A stretch of DNA of 64,000 nt from Patescibacteria group bacterium UBA1406 (GTDB lineage: Bacteria > Patescibacteriota > Microgenomatia > UBA1406): the NCBI GenBank assembly GCA_002305675.1, contig DBQA01000003.1, forward strand, positions 3,278 through 67,277, given 5' to 3'. A program made the translations under genes and the position numbers. The notes beneath the pieces are model-generated. The model had not been told where the DNA came from and did no database searches. It saw only the letters and a program-made list of their open reading frames with translations. Positions within the stretch are counted from its first letter, which is position 1; every line of letters begins with the position of its first letter. Of this stretch, positions 33,663 through 42,396 are shown one piece after another.

Positions 33663-35135
33663 TTATCTTTCCGAAGTCCGTTCCAGGGTGTTCTTGATGA
33701 ACTGAATGCCCCAGTCGTAGATATTATTTTCCTTGACTACAGCGCGCATCTCCTTGTTACGGGCCAGTTTCTGCTCTGCCGGCAGTGTCAGGGCATGGTA
33801 CAGGGCGTCTGCCGAACCATCTATGTCATAGGGATTTATCAGAAATGCCTGCTTTAGGTCCTTGGCCGCGCCGGTGAACTTTGACAAAAGCAGTATCCCT
33901 TTCTTCATATCGTTACAGAGAACGAACTCCTTGGCCACCAGGTTCATGCCGTCATCGAGCGAGGTGACAAAACAGGCGTCCGCCAGCCGGTAGTAGGCGA
34001 ATATCCTTTCTCTGGGCAGGACCTTATCGATGAAATAGATCGGCTTCCAATCGGGCGTCATGTACTTCCAGTTGATCTTTTCCACTAGGTCGAAGATCTC
34101 CCTGTTGAGCTGCTTATAAGCGGGGATATGAAGCCGGGAAGGCGCCCCAATCGATAGATAAACGAACTTTCCCTGGAACTCGGGATGCTTTTCCAGGAAC
34201 TTGTCAATTATCTGGAGCCTTTCCGGTAGCCCCTTGGTGTAATCTATCCTGTCCACGCCGATCGCCAGATACTCGTAATCGAACCCGAAGTCCTTCTTGA
34301 TCAGCTGGGGGCCGATGTGCTTTATCTTGTCCAGGTTCTCCTGGATCTCATGATAGTCAATCCCGGCCGGGACGTGGCTGACCTTTGTTTGACGGTCCTT
34401 ATGGATAATAGCTCGGGGTTCGTAATCCACTATGACCTCAAGTTCCCGACGGGCACAGTCGATGAAGTTCTCCACATGGTAGCCGCGGTGGAAACCGATG
34501 AAATCGCTTCCCAATAAACCTTGCAGGATCTGTTTCCGCCACGGGCAGATGCGGAATATCTCGTAGGCAGGCCAGGGGATATGCCAGAAGGTACCGATCG
34601 TGAGCGAAGGCTGTTTTTCCTTCAACATCAAAGGCAAGAGGGACAGGTGGTAGTCGTTGATCCAGATGAAGGCGTCTTCCCCGTTAAGCTCTTCCAGGAT
34701 GGCATCGGCGAACTTCTTGTTCACCTTGACGTACTCATCCCACCACTGGTAATTGAAGATGGGCTTGATGAAAACGGCGTGCGACAAAGGCCAGAGGATC
34801 TGGTTTGCAAAGCCGTAGTAAAAACCGCCGAGCTCTTTCTTTTTCAGGAAGATACGCTTCAGGGTATAGCTCTCCTCGGCCGGGGGAACCTTGACGCGCT
34901 GGTGGCTGTCTACGGTTTTGGCGTCGGCACTGCCGCTCGCTATCGCGACCATGAGCCCCCCCACCTTCCGCAGGATCCCGTCCAGAAGGATATGGGCCCC
35001 TCCGGCCAGCCTCTCCAGCCGGACACCCTCCGGGGTGTCCGTGTGGACGTACGATTCGCGCTGGATGGCCACCACGAACTTCTTGCCTTTCAGGCTTTTT
35101 TTGGCATAGTTGATGAGGTCCTGGGATGTGGTCAT
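33663..35135 (-). CDS. otsA: alpha,alpha-trehalose-phosphate synthase (GT20)
   Basis: FYYGFANQILWPLSH, IWINDYHLSLLPLML, GTFWHIPWP, IGFH, GVDRIDYTKG, LVAKEF. Confidence 0.9.
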   Translation of the reverse strand: MTTSQDLINYAKKSLKGKKFVVAIQRESYVHTDTPEGVRLERLAGGAHILLDGILRKVGGLMVAIASGSADAKTVDSHQRVKVPPAEESYTLKRIFLKKKELGGFYYGFANQILWPLSHAVFIKPIFNYQWWDEYVKVNKKFADAILEELNGEDAFIWINDYHLSLLPLMLKEKQPSLTIGTFWHIPWPAYEIFRICPWRKQILQGLLGSDFIGFHRGYHVENFIDCARRELEVIVDYEPRAIIHKDRQTKVSHVPAGIDYHEIQENLDKIKHIGPQLIKKDFGFDYEYLAIGVDRIDYTKGLPERLQIIDKFLEKHPEFQGKFVYLSIGAPSRLHIPAYKQLNREIFDLVEKINWKYMTPDWKPIYFIDKVLPRERIFAYYRLADACFVTSLDDGMNLVAKEFVLCNDMKKGILLLSKFTGAAKDLKQAFLINPYDIDGSADALYHALTLPAEQKLARNKEMRAVVKENNIYDWGIQFIKNTLERTSER

Positions 35136-35140
35136 ATGTA

Positions 35141-36202
35141 TTATTTACTCTCCAACAGGCGTTTATACATATCCGTATAACCGGCCACCATCTTTTCAAC
35201 CGTGAATTTCTCCGCCACTTTGGCGCGGCATTTTTTGCGATCTATCTTATCGATCCGGGCCATTTTTTCGACCATTCCGGCCACATTATCGACCAGGAAG
35301 CCGTCTGCTCCGTCGGTGATTATCTCCGGGGCGGCACCGTTCCTGAACGAGATGACCGGGGTGCCGGTGGCCATGGACTCGGCCATTACCAACCCGAAAG
35401 GTTCGTTCCAACTGATGGGGTTCAGGAAGCCGATGGCCTCGCCGTAGACCTTGTTCTTTTGTTCGTCGTTCAGTTCACCGATGAAAACGATCTGCTTGCC
35501 GTCTATCAGTGGCTTGACCTCCTGGTAGTACTGGTAGTCATCACCTTCCAGCCTGTCTATCGCTCCGGCAATGAGAAGTTTGACGCCGGCCTTCTTGGCC
35601 GCCTCGATGGCCTCTTTTGTCCCTTTGTCAGGGTTGAACTTGCCTACCCAGAGCCAATAGTCCTTGGGATCGGGATTGAAGTCATAGAGATCGATATCAA
35701 CCCCGTTATAAACGGTCTCCAGCCAGTTCAAGCGGCTATGGTTCCGCTGGGAGTTCGAGATGGAGATAAAGTTCAATTCCCTGTACTTATCCAGGACCAG
35801 GTGCCGATCGGTCCGGTGCTGGGAGGTGGGGTAGGGAAAATGGAGGGTAAAGACGACTTTGTGCTTGATAGGTTTGGCTAAAGGCAGCGACAGGTAGTCG
35901 CCCGACTTGTTGAGGTGCATATGGATGATGTCGAATTCGGCCTCTCTGTCAAAGGCTTCGGTGACGTTCAAGAGGGTGTAGGTGACGTTCGTCCAGGGGA
36001 TATTACTGTCGAACAAGGCCTTGGGGGTGACTGAAACCAGTTTGGCGGACGTCCGGGAGTCGCCGGAGGCGAAAAGAGTGACCTGGTGACCATTTTTTAC
36101 CAAGCCCTCGGTCAGGTAGTGCACGATACGCTCCGTTCCGCCGTATTTTTTGGGCGGAATACTTTGCCAAAGCGCGCCAATCTGGGCTATACGTAAACTC
36201 AT
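35141..36202 (-). CDS. GT4-family glycosyltransferase
   Basis: PPKKYGGTERIVHYLTEGLVKNGHQVTLFASGDS and C-terminal EPFGLVMAESMATGTPVI (E-x7-E region). Confidence 0.85.
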   Translation of the reverse strand: MSLRIAQIGALWQSIPPKKYGGTERIVHYLTEGLVKNGHQVTLFASGDSRTSAKLVSVTPKALFDSNIPWTNVTYTLLNVTEAFDREAEFDIIHMHLNKSGDYLSLPLAKPIKHKVVFTLHFPYPTSQHRTDRHLVLDKYRELNFISISNSQRNHSRLNWLETVYNGVDIDLYDFNPDPKDYWLWVGKFNPDKGTKEAIEAAKKAGVKLLIAGAIDRLEGDDYQYYQEVKPLIDGKQIVFIGELNDEQKNKVYGEAIGFLNPISWNEPFGLVMAESMATGTPVISFRNGAAPEIITDGADGFLVDNVAGMVEKMARIDKIDRKKCRAKVAEKFTVEKMVAGYTDMYKRLLESK

Positions 36203-36206
36203 TCTC

Positions 36207-37112
36207 CTATTGTAACCGATTTTTGTAAACTTTGCCCTCTATTTTGACCTCGTCCAGCGTAAATCTGTTATGGGGGTCAAATCGGCCGCTCGTCAGTTTG
36301 ATAATCTTATTGTTTGGCAGAATGCTCCAAACACCGGGCCAGGGGTTGAGAGCGCGGATCATGTTGTGTAATTTTAAATCTCCAATTCCAGACCTCCAAA
36401 GATCTTTATTCGGTAATAAGTGCATGAGATTATATTTTCTGAATAAAGGCTCTAGATTGAATGCCAGTTTCTCAAGCTGTACAAAACCGTCCTCTTTAGT
36501 CAGTTTTTTAGTGAGGGTGGCCTGGCTATGGTCCTGATGTTTAGGATTTAGGATTTTGGATCTAGGATTTAAGAGTAGTTCGTTTGCCAACTCCGCTCCA
36601 AGTCTGGCCAGCTTATCCAAAAGGGTCAGATAGGTGTCGTTTATCCCAAGCGGCACTTCCCTCTGGACTAATAACGGTCCATGGTCCACCTGCTCATCTA
36701 TTTTAATAATGCTCACGCCCGTAACTTTTTCGTCATTAAGAATGGCCGATTGGATGGGGGTGGTACCCCGGTACTTGGGCAAAAGGGAGGGGTGGATGTT
36801 CCAGAAGCCTTTGTCCGGAAGGGCCAGTACCGATGGGGGAATAATAAGGCCAAAATCGGCTACCAGGAAAACGGCCTTCTTGTGTCCGGAAGCAATAGCC
36901 ATCAGTTCGTTTCTATCGGAGACCGTGTGGACAGGCAATTCAAGCTCTCCCGCCTTTTTTTTGACATCGGTCGGCATTAGTTCTTTCATGCCACGTCCGC
37001 CTGGCTTATCGGCTTGGGTGACGACGAGGCCGGGCTTGGAGCCAATGTTTTCGAGAACCGTTGTTCCGAACCGACCGCTGCCTAGGAAAATAAGTGCATT
37101 GTCTTTGACCAT
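36207..37112 (-). CDS. fmt: methionyl-tRNA formyltransferase
   Basis: IFLGSGRFG, NIHPSLLPKYRGTTPIQSAILNDEKVTGVSII, VDHGPLL. ATG 37112 lies 6 nt after a minus-strand TATAAT (37119-37124). Confidence 0.9.
   Translation of the reverse strand: MVKDNALIFLGSGRFGTTVLENIGSKPGLVVTQADKPGGRGMKELMPTDVKKKAGELELPVHTVSDRNELMAIASGHKKAVFLVADFGLIIPPSVLALPDKGFWNIHPSLLPKYRGTTPIQSAILNDEKVTGVSIIKIDEQVDHGPLLVQREVPLGINDTYLTLLDKLARLGAELANELLLNPRSKILNPKHQDHSQATLTKKLTKEDGFVQLEKLAFNLEPLFRKYNLMHLLPNKDLWRSGIGDLKLHNMIRALNPWPGVWSILPNNKIIKLTSGRFDPHNRFTLDEVKIEGKVYKNRLQ
36541..36575. repeat. 5 tandem heptamers TTAGGAT/TTAGGAT/TTTGGAT/CTAGGAT/TTAAGAG inside fmt
   Basis: Read directly from the sequence. Encodes LLNPRSKILNPKH (minus strand) in the inter-domain linker of Fmt. 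Confidence 0.7.
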
Positions 37113-37126
37113 AATGCTATTATATA

Positions 37127-37155
37127 TTGACTTTACGCGAAAATCTTCATATCCT
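37127..37155 (+). promoter_or_regulatory. sigma70-type promoter (TTGACT, 17-nt spacer, TATCCT) placing +1 at or next to ATG 37163
   Basis: TTGACT at 37127-37132, 17-nt spacer, TATCCT at 37150-37155, 7 nt to the ATG. It lies back-to-back with the fmt promoter. Confidence 0.55.
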
Positions 37156-37162
37156 AAACTAT

Positions 37163-37768
37163 ATGGGCCGTCTTCATAGGTTTTTAAAAGTGGCAATCGT
37201 TATCCTATTCCTCGTCAATCTTATCGCCGGCGGGCTGATCCTGTATAATCGCTTTTTTCCAGGCAAAAGGACCCTGACAGACTCTGATTCGACCCCCTAT
37301 CACGGACCGGTAGACCCCGTCAAACTATATAAAAACCTAAAAGTGGAACCGGCAATCCACCCCAAAATCCTCCTTCAAATGAAAAAATATATTAAATCAC
37401 CCGAATCCTCGATGTTCATACTATCCCAGCAGAATACAAAAATTTTGGAAATAATCGATACCGGGGTCGAGGTGCAGCATGTGGTGGACAAGAGATATGA
37501 AGGTGTCCACAATTTTCCGTACGCACTGAGGTTGGAAAACAAGGCTCTTCCTCAAGGATATATATGGCACTACTATACAGAGAACCTGTTGAAAAAAATA
37601 AAAGTATACATTGTCGAGAACGGACAGACCAGGCAGGCGGGGTTGAAGGACCTGAAAAAGAATGACCAAGTGGTAATATCTGAACGCTGGGACCCGTCAA
37701 TTTACCCCGAGGATTTTGAGAAATACGAGGACCAGGTCGTTGACTTATCAATATATATCTATAGGTGA
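37163..37768 (+). CDS. hypothetical membrane-anchored protein
   Basis: Start at MGRLHRFLKVAIVILFLVNLIAGGLILY. 201 aa. Confidence 0.45.
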   Translation: MGRLHRFLKVAIVILFLVNLIAGGLILYNRFFPGKRTLTDSDSTPYHGPVDPVKLYKNLKVEPAIHPKILLQMKKYIKSPESSMFILSQQNTKILEIIDTGVEVQHVVDKRYEGVHNFPYALRLENKALPQGYIWHYYTENLLKKIKVYIVENGQTRQAGLKDLKKNDQVVISERWDPSIYPEDFEKYEDQVVDLSIYIYR

Positions 37769-37953
37769 TGAAGAAAAGGTTCTACCGCAAGCCTTCCCTC
37801 AAAATGAGACATATCCGGCTGAATTTCTTCCTTTCCCGCAGTGTGGGGTTGGGAGAAGGAAAGCTGCTCTCCGTATATTGTGGCGAATGTTATTCCTATT
37901 GCGGTGATCCCAGTTGCTATCTTCCACCCGGATGTGACTTAATGAGCTGCTGA
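37768..37953 (+). CDS. candidate small Cys-rich peptide (61 aa; 6 Cys in the last 24 residues)
   Basis: ATG 37768 overlaps the upstream stop (TGATG), the coupling junction used elsewhere in this window. Translation MKKRFYRKPSLKMRHIRLNFFLSRSVGLGEGKLLSVYCGECYSYCGDPSCYLPPGCDLMSC. It fills an otherwise unexplained 188-nt gap. Confidence 0.3.
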   Translation: MKKRFYRKPSLKMRHIRLNFFLSRSVGLGEGKLLSVYCGECYSYCGDPSCYLPPGCDLMSC

Positions 37954-37956
37954 AAC

Positions 37957-38739
37957 TCAACCCTCAATATAATCAGCTACTTTTTTTTGTTTACTGAAAC
38001 ATAGGTTGTAAACGTTTTTGAACCGGGTGGCAAAGTCTATAAAAACAGTCATCTGTTGCTTGATCGCGCTTGGCCCGGGGAGCCATAACTCGCGGCTCAT
38101 ACGCTCAAGGGCGATGCTTGAATCGGCCAACTTCTCGCGGGCAAAGTAAGGGGTTTTGCGCAGGAAAAAAACGCCAGCCAGTGGATATTTTGCGGAACTT
38201 CTCTCAAACCATCCCTCCTTCTCGATGAACGGGGTACTGTAAAGATAGAAACTACCTCCTTCCTTTTTGATGATGATACTATCATCTGCGACGACCCGGT
38301 ATCTGTGTTTAATCAGTTTGACGATAGTCGATTTGCCGCTGCCGGATTTACCGGTGAAGACATAAGCTCCCTTTTTGCCGATCGCCGCTGAAGCGTGGAT
38401 GATAAAACCCCTGTTTGCCAAAAGCTTAAGCAGTATTTGCTTCAAAATGAAAGAAAATTGCTTCAGGCTGATGTAATAATAGGTATCGATATATTTTCGC
38501 CCCCGCTCTTTATAGAAGAGCAGTAGGCGGGTATAATCAGAGTGTTCGAGTATCTCGAAACTGCCATTGTAGGAAACGGTGATGTAATAATCGATCCGGC
38601 GGGGAATGTCTTTAGTCACAAACCCTTGATAGAAGTGATTGATCAGGGAGCTGAATTCGTGTTGTTCTGCGGGAAGGCTGGTTTTGCCAAAGGTGACCTT
38701 TAAATTAAATCCGGCAATGTTGAGATAAAGGATTTCCAT
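37957..38739 (-). CDS. HPr-kinase-C-terminal-like P-loop protein (HprK-related kinase)
   Basis: IIHASAAIGKKGAYVFTGKSGSGKSTIVKLIKHRYRVVADDSIII parallels the HprK pattern HG..V...GVLI.G.SG.GKS...L...GH.LVADD.V. ATG lies 6 nt after a minus-strand TATAAT (38746-38751). Confidence 0.55.
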   Translation of the reverse strand: MEILYLNIAGFNLKVTFGKTSLPAEQHEFSSLINHFYQGFVTKDIPRRIDYYITVSYNGSFEILEHSDYTRLLLFYKERGRKYIDTYYYISLKQFSFILKQILLKLLANRGFIIHASAAIGKKGAYVFTGKSGSGKSTIVKLIKHRYRVVADDSIIIKKEGGSFYLYSTPFIEKEGWFERSSAKYPLAGVFFLRKTPYFAREKLADSSIALERMSRELWLPGPSAIKQQMTVFIDFATRFKNVYNLCFSKQKKVADYIEG

Positions 38740-38764
38740 CGCTTTATTATATTATAATTACCTC

Positions 38765-39040
38765 ATGGAAACGGTGGGCAGCGTTTTGAAAAGGTTCGAT
38801 CCCCGTTCGGGGAAGTTCATCAGCAAAGAGTTCCAGGCCTACGGACTGTTCTTATCCCAAAAGCTCGAAGACGAAAAACATAAATCTCTTTACATCAAGC
38901 TTTCCAAAACCGTTCCCAGGTTCCTCCTCGACGAAGCGCTGACCTTTGTCCTTGAATGCAAAGCAGACAACAAAGGGGCCCTATTCATGTGGAAACTTAA
39001 GGAGTTGAGAAAGGCATTTAGGGAGAAAAAGAAAACCTGA
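38765..39040 (+). CDS. hypothetical small protein (91 aa)
   Basis: ATG lies 6 nt after TATAAT at 38753-38758. No recognisable motif. Confidence 0.45.
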   Translation: METVGSVLKRFDPRSGKFISKEFQAYGLFLSQKLEDEKHKSLYIKLSKTVPRFLLDEALTFVLECKADNKGALFMWKLKELRKAFREKKKT

Positions 39041-39725
39041 TTCGCCACAGAGCCACTAAAGATTCGGTGAACTCCCTGAAGCTAGCGTTCGACTTGCCCC
39101 TTTTCCGATTGACAAAAATAGTGGGTATTTCCCTGAAGGCAAATCCGTGCTTTCTCAATACGTATCCGCTCTCCGATAAGACAATGTAACCCGAGGTGAC
39201 GAACCGGTGCTTTAAAAGTATTCTAATAGCATCCTTCCCGTAAATTCGGTACCCGTTGGTATTGTCCTTGGCCGGCAGGTTGAGCACGATACGGATGAGG
39301 AGGTTGGATAAAAAACTGGTTACACGTCTTATAAAGGGCCAGTCGACTATCCGGCTGCCCCTGACATACCGCGAAGCCAGGACGACGGTCCGGAGAGCCG
39401 TCTGCTCGAGTAGGGTTTGGAGCTCTGACGGGTCATGGGAAAAGTCCGCGTCCATCTCTACAAATAACTTAGCGTCCGTATTCTTTAACGCATAGGCGAA
39501 ACCAGCCAGGACCGCTTGGCCGCGGCCGGCCTTGTTTTTTCTTAATAGAAGATGAATATTCGAGTTTTTTTTCCGTTTGCTAAGAACGATTTTTGCCGTG
39601 CCGTCGGGGGAGTTGTCGTCGACCACAATGATGGCTGCCTCCGGCAATAGTTTTGCCAGTTGGGAAACCAGCCGGCCGATATTCTCTCGTTCGTTGTAGG
39701 TGGGGATGATTATGGCGGTTTTCAT
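39018..39725 (-). CDS. GT2 polyprenyl-phosphate sugar synthase (Dpm1/Ppm1/ArnC-like)
   Basis: AIIIPTYNERENI, IIVVDDNSPDGT, FVEMDADFSHDP. Confidence 0.85.
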   Translation of the reverse strand: MKTAIIIPTYNERENIGRLVSQLAKLLPEAAIIVVDDNSPDGTAKIVLSKRKKNSNIHLLLRKNKAGRGQAVLAGFAYALKNTDAKLFVEMDADFSHDPSELQTLLEQTALRTVVLASRYVRGSRIVDWPFIRRVTSFLSNLLIRIVLNLPAKDNTNGYRIYGKDAIRILLKHRFVTSGYIVLSESGYVLRKHGFAFREIPTIFVNRKRGKSNASFREFTESLVALWRIRFSFSP

Positions 39726-40912
39726 CTGTGTTTGGGAAGGAAAAACTTCCTGAATACACTGATCATATAATCAAGGTCGGTCTTCTTCAGGTCTTGGTGG
39801 CAGCCGATATAGAAACCGCGTTTTGTAAGCCGATTGGCGACAGGGTAAAGCTTCTTGTTAATTCTTAACTCTTTATAAACAGGTTGGTTCAGGATGGGGA
39901 GAAGATAACGTGTTTCGATGCCATTTTTTTCCAGGTACAGGAGCAGGTCGTCCAGATCAGTCCGTTTGTCCTTCAGGACCATTGGATAGACCATGAAAAC
40001 GTGGTCGGAGCCGGACCTGATCTTTGGCAGGTCCAGATATTCTTGCAGAACGGACAGTTCCCTGGTCAAATAGGCGGCATTGGTTTTGCGGGGTCCAATG
40101 ATCTTCTTATATTCCTCGAGCTGGGAAAGTCCGATGGCCGCCTCCATTTCCGTCAGGCGGTAGCTGTAGCCGAGGTGGACGAAGTTGAACCGGTTCTTCA
40201 TCACTATTTTGAACCTGGGGTGTTTGACGTTGTCATCGTCCTCAAGGGAGATATAGATATTGTTGCGGCCGTGGTTCATCAGGCTTTGGATGAGCTTCAG
40301 GAGCCGGGAGTTATTGGTGGTGGTGATGCCGCCCACTCCGGTGGTGATAAGATGTGCCGAAAAGGTGGAAAAACAGGCCACGTCGCCGAAAGAACCGACG
40401 CTTCTGCCATTCTGGCGGGCGAGCATGGTCTCGCAGGAATCCTCGATTATCCTGAGTCCGTGGCGCCTGGCCACGCGGGTGATGCCAGGCATGTCGGCCG
40501 GCTGACCGAAAAGGTGAACGGCCATGATAGCCCGGGTGCGGGGAGTGATCAGCACCTCTATCTTGCCCGGATCAAGCTCGAAATAATCCGGGTCCACGTC
40601 CACAAAGACGGGTTTCAACCGGTTCTGCAGGATCACGTTAACGCTCGCGACAAAGGTCAGAGCCGGAACTATCACCTCGTCCCCGTCCGCCCATTTGTAG
40701 AGTTTCTTCATGGCGTCGAGGGCCACCTGGAGGGCGCTTGTGCCGCTGTTGGACAGTATGCCGTAACGGCAGCCGTGCATCCGGGCGAACATGGCCTCGA
40801 ACCGGGCCGAGTATTTGCCATAGCTTAGGCGGTTGTTGTCCACCACGTCCAGAAGGTACTTTTTGCCCCTGGCCGAAATATTGACGGTGCCGACACCTAT
40901 TTTCCTGCCCAT
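39722..40912 (-). CDS. DegT/DnrJ/EryC1/StrS-family (ArnB-like) PLP sugar aminotransferase
   Basis: LSNSGTSALQVAL, DEVIVPALTFVAS, FGDVACFSTFSAHLITTGVGG (PLP-Lys region variant). Confidence 0.85.
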   Translation of the reverse strand: MGRKIGVGTVNISARGKKYLLDVVDNNRLSYGKYSARFEAMFARMHGCRYGILSNSGTSALQVALDAMKKLYKWADGDEVIVPALTFVASVNVILQNRLKPVFVDVDPDYFELDPGKIEVLITPRTRAIMAVHLFGQPADMPGITRVARRHGLRIIEDSCETMLARQNGRSVGSFGDVACFSTFSAHLITTGVGGITTTNNSRLLKLIQSLMNHGRNNIYISLEDDDNVKHPRFKIVMKNRFNFVHLGYSYRLTEMEAAIGLSQLEEYKKIIGPRKTNAAYLTRELSVLQEYLDLPKIRSGSDHVFMVYPMVLKDKRTDLDDLLLYLEKNGIETRYLLPILNQPVYKELRINKKLYPVANRLTKRGFYIGCHQDLKKTDLDYMISVFRKFFLPKHR

Positions 40913-42357
40913 TTCCGTTTATCCCTGGGTACAAGTTTGATAACTTTGGCCTCATATCCGCCCGGCTGGCTGACCATCTTTTCTTCGGCAGTGTTCTGCC
41001 TGATATAAGCATCAAGCCGGGGGTCGGAATAGTAATTGTATATGATGTAGTCAGACTTGTCCAAAAGGCGGCGGTAGCTATTCGTTTCTACCGGGACGGT
41101 GGGGAATTCGTAGAGCTTAAGGCCCGGTCGGAACTGCAGGTCAAAATAAGGGTCGGGGATGCTGGCGATGAACACGCTTGCCCGATGCGGTAATGCCCGG
41201 CCGATCCTTTGGCCGAAGTCGTGATAATCATGAGCGTTGCTACCGTCGATATTGATCAACATCAGCGTCTGCCTGATGTGGATGGCAATAAAGAGCATTA
41301 TCAGAATGGCCACCGTTCTTTGCCTATGGCTAGACTTATCCTGAGCCTGACTGGCGAATATGGAGGTGGCGGCCAGGGCGATGAATGGCTGAAAGTAGAG
41401 GAAATACCACATCTCCCGGCCCCAATTAAGGGCGGCGGACGATACCAGAAGTCCGATCATGATGAAACGGGTCTGGAAGCGGTTTTCACGTACCAGCCTG
41501 ACGGCCAGGGCGACGGTAATCAGCAGATAGCTTAGAAGTAAGAGCTGCCAGTGCCAGGCCTGTTGGAAGAGGATGACGATAAAGGGCGTGACCAAGGCCT
41601 TGCGGGCAAACTGCAAGCCGTACTGGGCCAGAAAAAGTGGAAAGTTTTCCCCGAGGCTCACCATCCAGAGCGAAAATGCCAGCATAACAGGGCTATTGAT
41701 TATCGCCAAGTCCAAGACCCTGGCCTTGAAGGATTTTTTTTCTAAAAGCAGACAGGCCGAGATCACGACCGGCAGGATGAAACCGAGGGGATGGTTCAGG
41801 ACGGACAGGGCGGCCGTCCCTCCGGCAGCTATTAGAAGGACCGGTTTATTAGACCGGATGTAATTCACAAAAAGCAGAAGTCCAGTCGAGATGAGCAGGA
41901 AGGAGAGCATGTCCATCCTGCCCACCCGTGCCGCTTGAGCAAAGAATATATCCAAAGAGACCAGGGAAGCGGCCAGGAAGCCGGCGAGGCGGTTCCTGAA
42001 GAGGCAGGTAGCCAAATAGAATACGGTAATAAGGGCCAGGAAGGAAAAGATGAGCGACAATGCCCGGATGGCCTCGATGGATGACCCGAACGCCCTTATC
42101 CAATAAGCAAGTATATGGAAGTATAGGGGCGGGTACCAGACCGCCGATTTTTCCAGTCCGGTGATGGCGCCTCCGAATATCCCGGTGGCGAGCCGCCCTT
42201 CGGCGAGATATGTTTTAACGGTATCGGCATAGATGGCTTCGTCGGGCCAGACCATGGGACTCTTCAGGAACAGGATGCCCGTCGTGAAGAGAAGGGGAAT
42301 AAAGGCCAATATCAACCAAGGGCAGTCATCAATGAGTTGGTCGAGTTTTGCTTTCAT
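40897..42357 (-). CDS. GT-C fold membrane glycosyltransferase (ArnT/PMT_2-like, GT39/83)
   Basis: Polytopic 486-aa protein with the first-loop acidic motif VWPDEAIYA. ATG lies 6 nt after a minus-strand TATATT (42364-42369). Confidence 0.7.
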   Translation of the reverse strand: MKAKLDQLIDDCPWLILAFIPLLFTTGILFLKSPMVWPDEAIYADTVKTYLAEGRLATGIFGGAITGLEKSAVWYPPLYFHILAYWIRAFGSSIEAIRALSLIFSFLALITVFYLATCLFRNRLAGFLAASLVSLDIFFAQAARVGRMDMLSFLLISTGLLLFVNYIRSNKPVLLIAAGGTAALSVLNHPLGFILPVVISACLLLEKKSFKARVLDLAIINSPVMLAFSLWMVSLGENFPLFLAQYGLQFARKALVTPFIVILFQQAWHWQLLLLSYLLITVALAVRLVRENRFQTRFIMIGLLVSSAALNWGREMWYFLYFQPFIALAATSIFASQAQDKSSHRQRTVAILIMLFIAIHIRQTLMLINIDGSNAHDYHDFGQRIGRALPHRASVFIASIPDPYFDLQFRPGLKLYEFPTVPVETNSYRRLLDKSDYIIYNYYSDPRLDAYIRQNTAEEKMVSQPGGYEAKVIKLVPRDKRKWAGK

Positions 42358-42396
42358 AGAGATAATATAACCGTGAATATTCTATAATTATTCTTT

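Noticed and set aside
34521-35881. 219-aa and 251-aa plus-strand ORFs overlapping otsA and the GT4 gene
   Set aside because: Antisense to two confidently recognised glycosyltransferase genes.
39884-40828. 314-aa plus-strand ORF inside the DegT-family aminotransferase gene
   Set aside because: Antisense to a gene with clear DegT/ArnB motifs. Shadow-frame composition.
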